The notes under the pieces: generated by a model
Database searches by the model: none
What the model was told of the DNA's origin: nothing
The model's input: only the letters and a program-made list of their open reading frames with translations
Position numbers and translations under genes: made by a program
Source: Nemertoderma westbladi
Lineage: Eukaryota; Animalia; Xenacoelomorpha
DNA: 51,606 nt
Reading direction: 5' to 3'
NCBI GenBank assembly: GCA_032718475.1
Contig: JAUCBJ010007444.1
Coordinates: 1-51,606 of the forward strand
Shown here: positions 49,501-51,606 of the stretch, piece by piece
Position numbering within the stretch: the stretch's first letter is position 1
Layout: every line of letters begins with the position of its first letter

Positions 49501-50756
49501 ATAACTTAATACGTATGAACACTCGAGTCGCTATTGTAAACACCGTAAGTTACCAGACAAGTAACCCTATAATTCTACCAGCAGGACACCATGTAGTGGT
49601 AATACTTGTAAGAAAAATTCACCAGGACTGTGCACACATGGGCGTAGACTATGTGATAAATAAAGTAAGACAGCAATACTGGATATCAGCATTGCGCCGT
49701 TTAGTAAAAGCCATATTACATAAATGTTTTATATGCCGTAAGCGACTAGCGAAACCAAGCAGCCAAATTATGGCGCCTCTACCGGCAGCAAGAGTTATCG
49801 AGTATTTACCTCCGTTTTCTCATACCGGCGTTGACTTGTTTGGTCCTTTCTACTTGGTCCGTGGGCGTGGCTCAGTGAAACACTTTGGAGTGATATTTAC
49901 TTGCATGACGTCACGAGCAGTGGCCTTGTATTTATCGATAAACTACAGCGCAGATGCGTTATTGTGTGTCTTACGTAGATTTATTTGTCATTACGGGGGG
50001 GTCGAAAGATTTTACAGTGACCAAGGGACTCATTTTACAGGGGCCGAAACGGAGTTAGGAAAACTGCTAGAAGAAGCTAGAGCTAAGAATATATCCACCA
50101 ACGGAATTATGGCAAACAACTGGTGTTTTAATACGCCATCAGCGTCATGGCACGGTGGTGTATGGGAGAGATTAATCAGGACGACTAAGGACTGTCTGCG
50201 ATCAATGATTGAGACTCGTAACTTGAAACACAAATTGCTGTCCGAGGAAGTTATGAGGACCATGCTTGCAGAAATTCAATTACTTATTAATGACAGACCT
50301 TTATGCGCCTTAACAGATGACGTAGACTCTTTCGACGCTTTAACCCCAAATCATTTATTATTGCGAAGAAAAATTGGTGTACCATTTCCAGCTCATTTTC
50401 CACACGAGATTTACAATGACGATGAACTTTTTCACTGTCGTAAGATGTGGACTTTGTCACAATTTTTGTCAAGTCAGTTCTGGTCCAAGTGGAAAGAGGT
50501 GTATGTGGACAGCTTAAAGCGACGACAAAAGTGGCTCAAAACTGAGCGCAACTTTGCTATTGGTGACTTAGTACTGGTAATGGAACAGAACGTACGACGT
50601 CATGACTGGTGTGTCGGACGTATTGTGGACATAGTTCCAAGCGATGACGGGCTTGTGCGGACAGTTCATGTGAGGACAAAATCTACTGTATTGTGTCGCC
50701 CTATTAGGAAATTATGTTACTTAGAGGTGAGTATGGACAGCACTAATCATAAATAA
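46586..50756 (+). CDS. pol: BEL/Pao gag-pol of C, 3' part (protease, RT, RNase H, integrase)
   Basis: LLDDGS, RTPLGW, KLRIVNDAA, DVAEMFHQV, FYVDD, FCDAS, NPADIASRG, HHCC, GVDLFGP, SDQGTHF and GVWERLI, with no stops. Confidence 0.96.
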
Positions 50757-50947
50757 ATAAAAAGACAGTTGGTACATGGCTAATTAGTAAGTCCCCGCGT
50801 CATGAATATGTAAGTACTAAATATTTATATAAAATGTATGTATCAAAGGTACGTCGGTACTTCACACCTCCAATGTAGCTACTTCACAGTGAAGAACCTC
50901 ACACACTGATACTGAAATTACATTACACATGCCACACACTACAGTTT

Positions 50948-51262
50948 GTGGGAACCCGACGGCGTTCTATTCGGCCTACAACTTTTTCAACGCGACGTCA
51001 ATTCAATTTTCGCTATGAACTAAAATTATTTAATAATTACCTACGTCGGCTCATACTTCCAAATTCATCAACCGTTCGGCGGCGCGGGTGCACACCAGCT
51101 TCGGGTCTTCATCCAGAGGTTCTTTACTTCGAAGGGACCTTGTCAAATACGGATTTCAATAATGAAACGGAACCAGATATGTTTCTTTATTATTTGTTCA
51201 ATAGGGAAGTAGAGTACAACCCAATTCTATTCCCTGATGAACATTTTTTAGAGTTTGCTTAA
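50948..51262 (+). other. Short ORF downstream of pol in C, unknown
   Basis: 104 codons from a GTG, no recognisable motif; may be non-coding. Confidence 0.25.
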
Positions 51263-51418
51263 TTAATAATTAAATGTTACTCGGCATTCATGCCTAAAAA
51301 GTTTTACTTCAGTCCTGATAAACTCGAACTGCCTATTATTATTTATGTAATATTAATATCCGTGCAAATAATTAGTTTATCACAACACTAATACAATATA
51401 GTGTATAGTGGGTAGTCT

Positions 51419-51606
51419 TTTGTGTTTATGTAAGTTTCACTATTACTGTATGTACGACAGAACATTTTTGTGTTTATGTAAGTTTCACTATTACTGTATG
51501 TACGACAGAACATTTTTGTGTTTATGTAAGTTTCACTATTACTGTATGTACGACAGAACTTTTTGTGTTTATGTAAGTTTCACTATTACTGTATGTACGA
51601 CAGAAC
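51419..51606. repeat. 48-bp tandem repeat (about 4 copies, runs off the window)
   Basis: Unit TTTGTGTTTATGTAAGTTTCACTATTACTGTATGTACGACAGAACATT. Confidence 0.95.

Larger units (their letters stand above)
39658..51606 (+). mobile_element. BEL/Pao LTR retrotransposon C, autonomous-type; 3' LTR beyond the window
   Basis: LTR related to A, followed by a complete gag-PR-RT-RH-IN. Confidence 0.93.

Overview
AT-rich metazoan (probably invertebrate) DNA that is almost entirely a nested stack of transposable elements; I see no supportable host gene. It holds two CR1/L2-group LINEs on the minus strand (about 1815-6070 and 17800-21780, the second with a 2A-like DIETNPGP peptide), a 1.6-kb 21-bp minisatellite and several RTE-type LINE fragments. 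It also holds four LTR elements. D (10093-16352, minus) is BEL/Pao with gag-PR deleted. A (22175-32810, plus) is BEL/Pao with 1199-bp near-identical LTRs, a GTATC TSD and gag-PR only. B is a relative of A, on the minus strand and split by A. C (39658 to the window end) has a full BEL/Pao gag-pol interrupted only by a TTAA piggyBac-like non-autonomous element. Most notable: (i) A, C and D have no TGG tRNA primer site next to the 5' LTR, and each carries inside its LTR an exact 9-13 nt complement of the bases just after the LTR, suggesting tRNA-independent self-priming; (ii) an intronless ORF with WRN/RNase D-like DEDDy exonuclease motifs into which C inserted; (iii) an unknown env-position ORF shared by A and B. 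All alignments and counts were done by eye; no searches were run.
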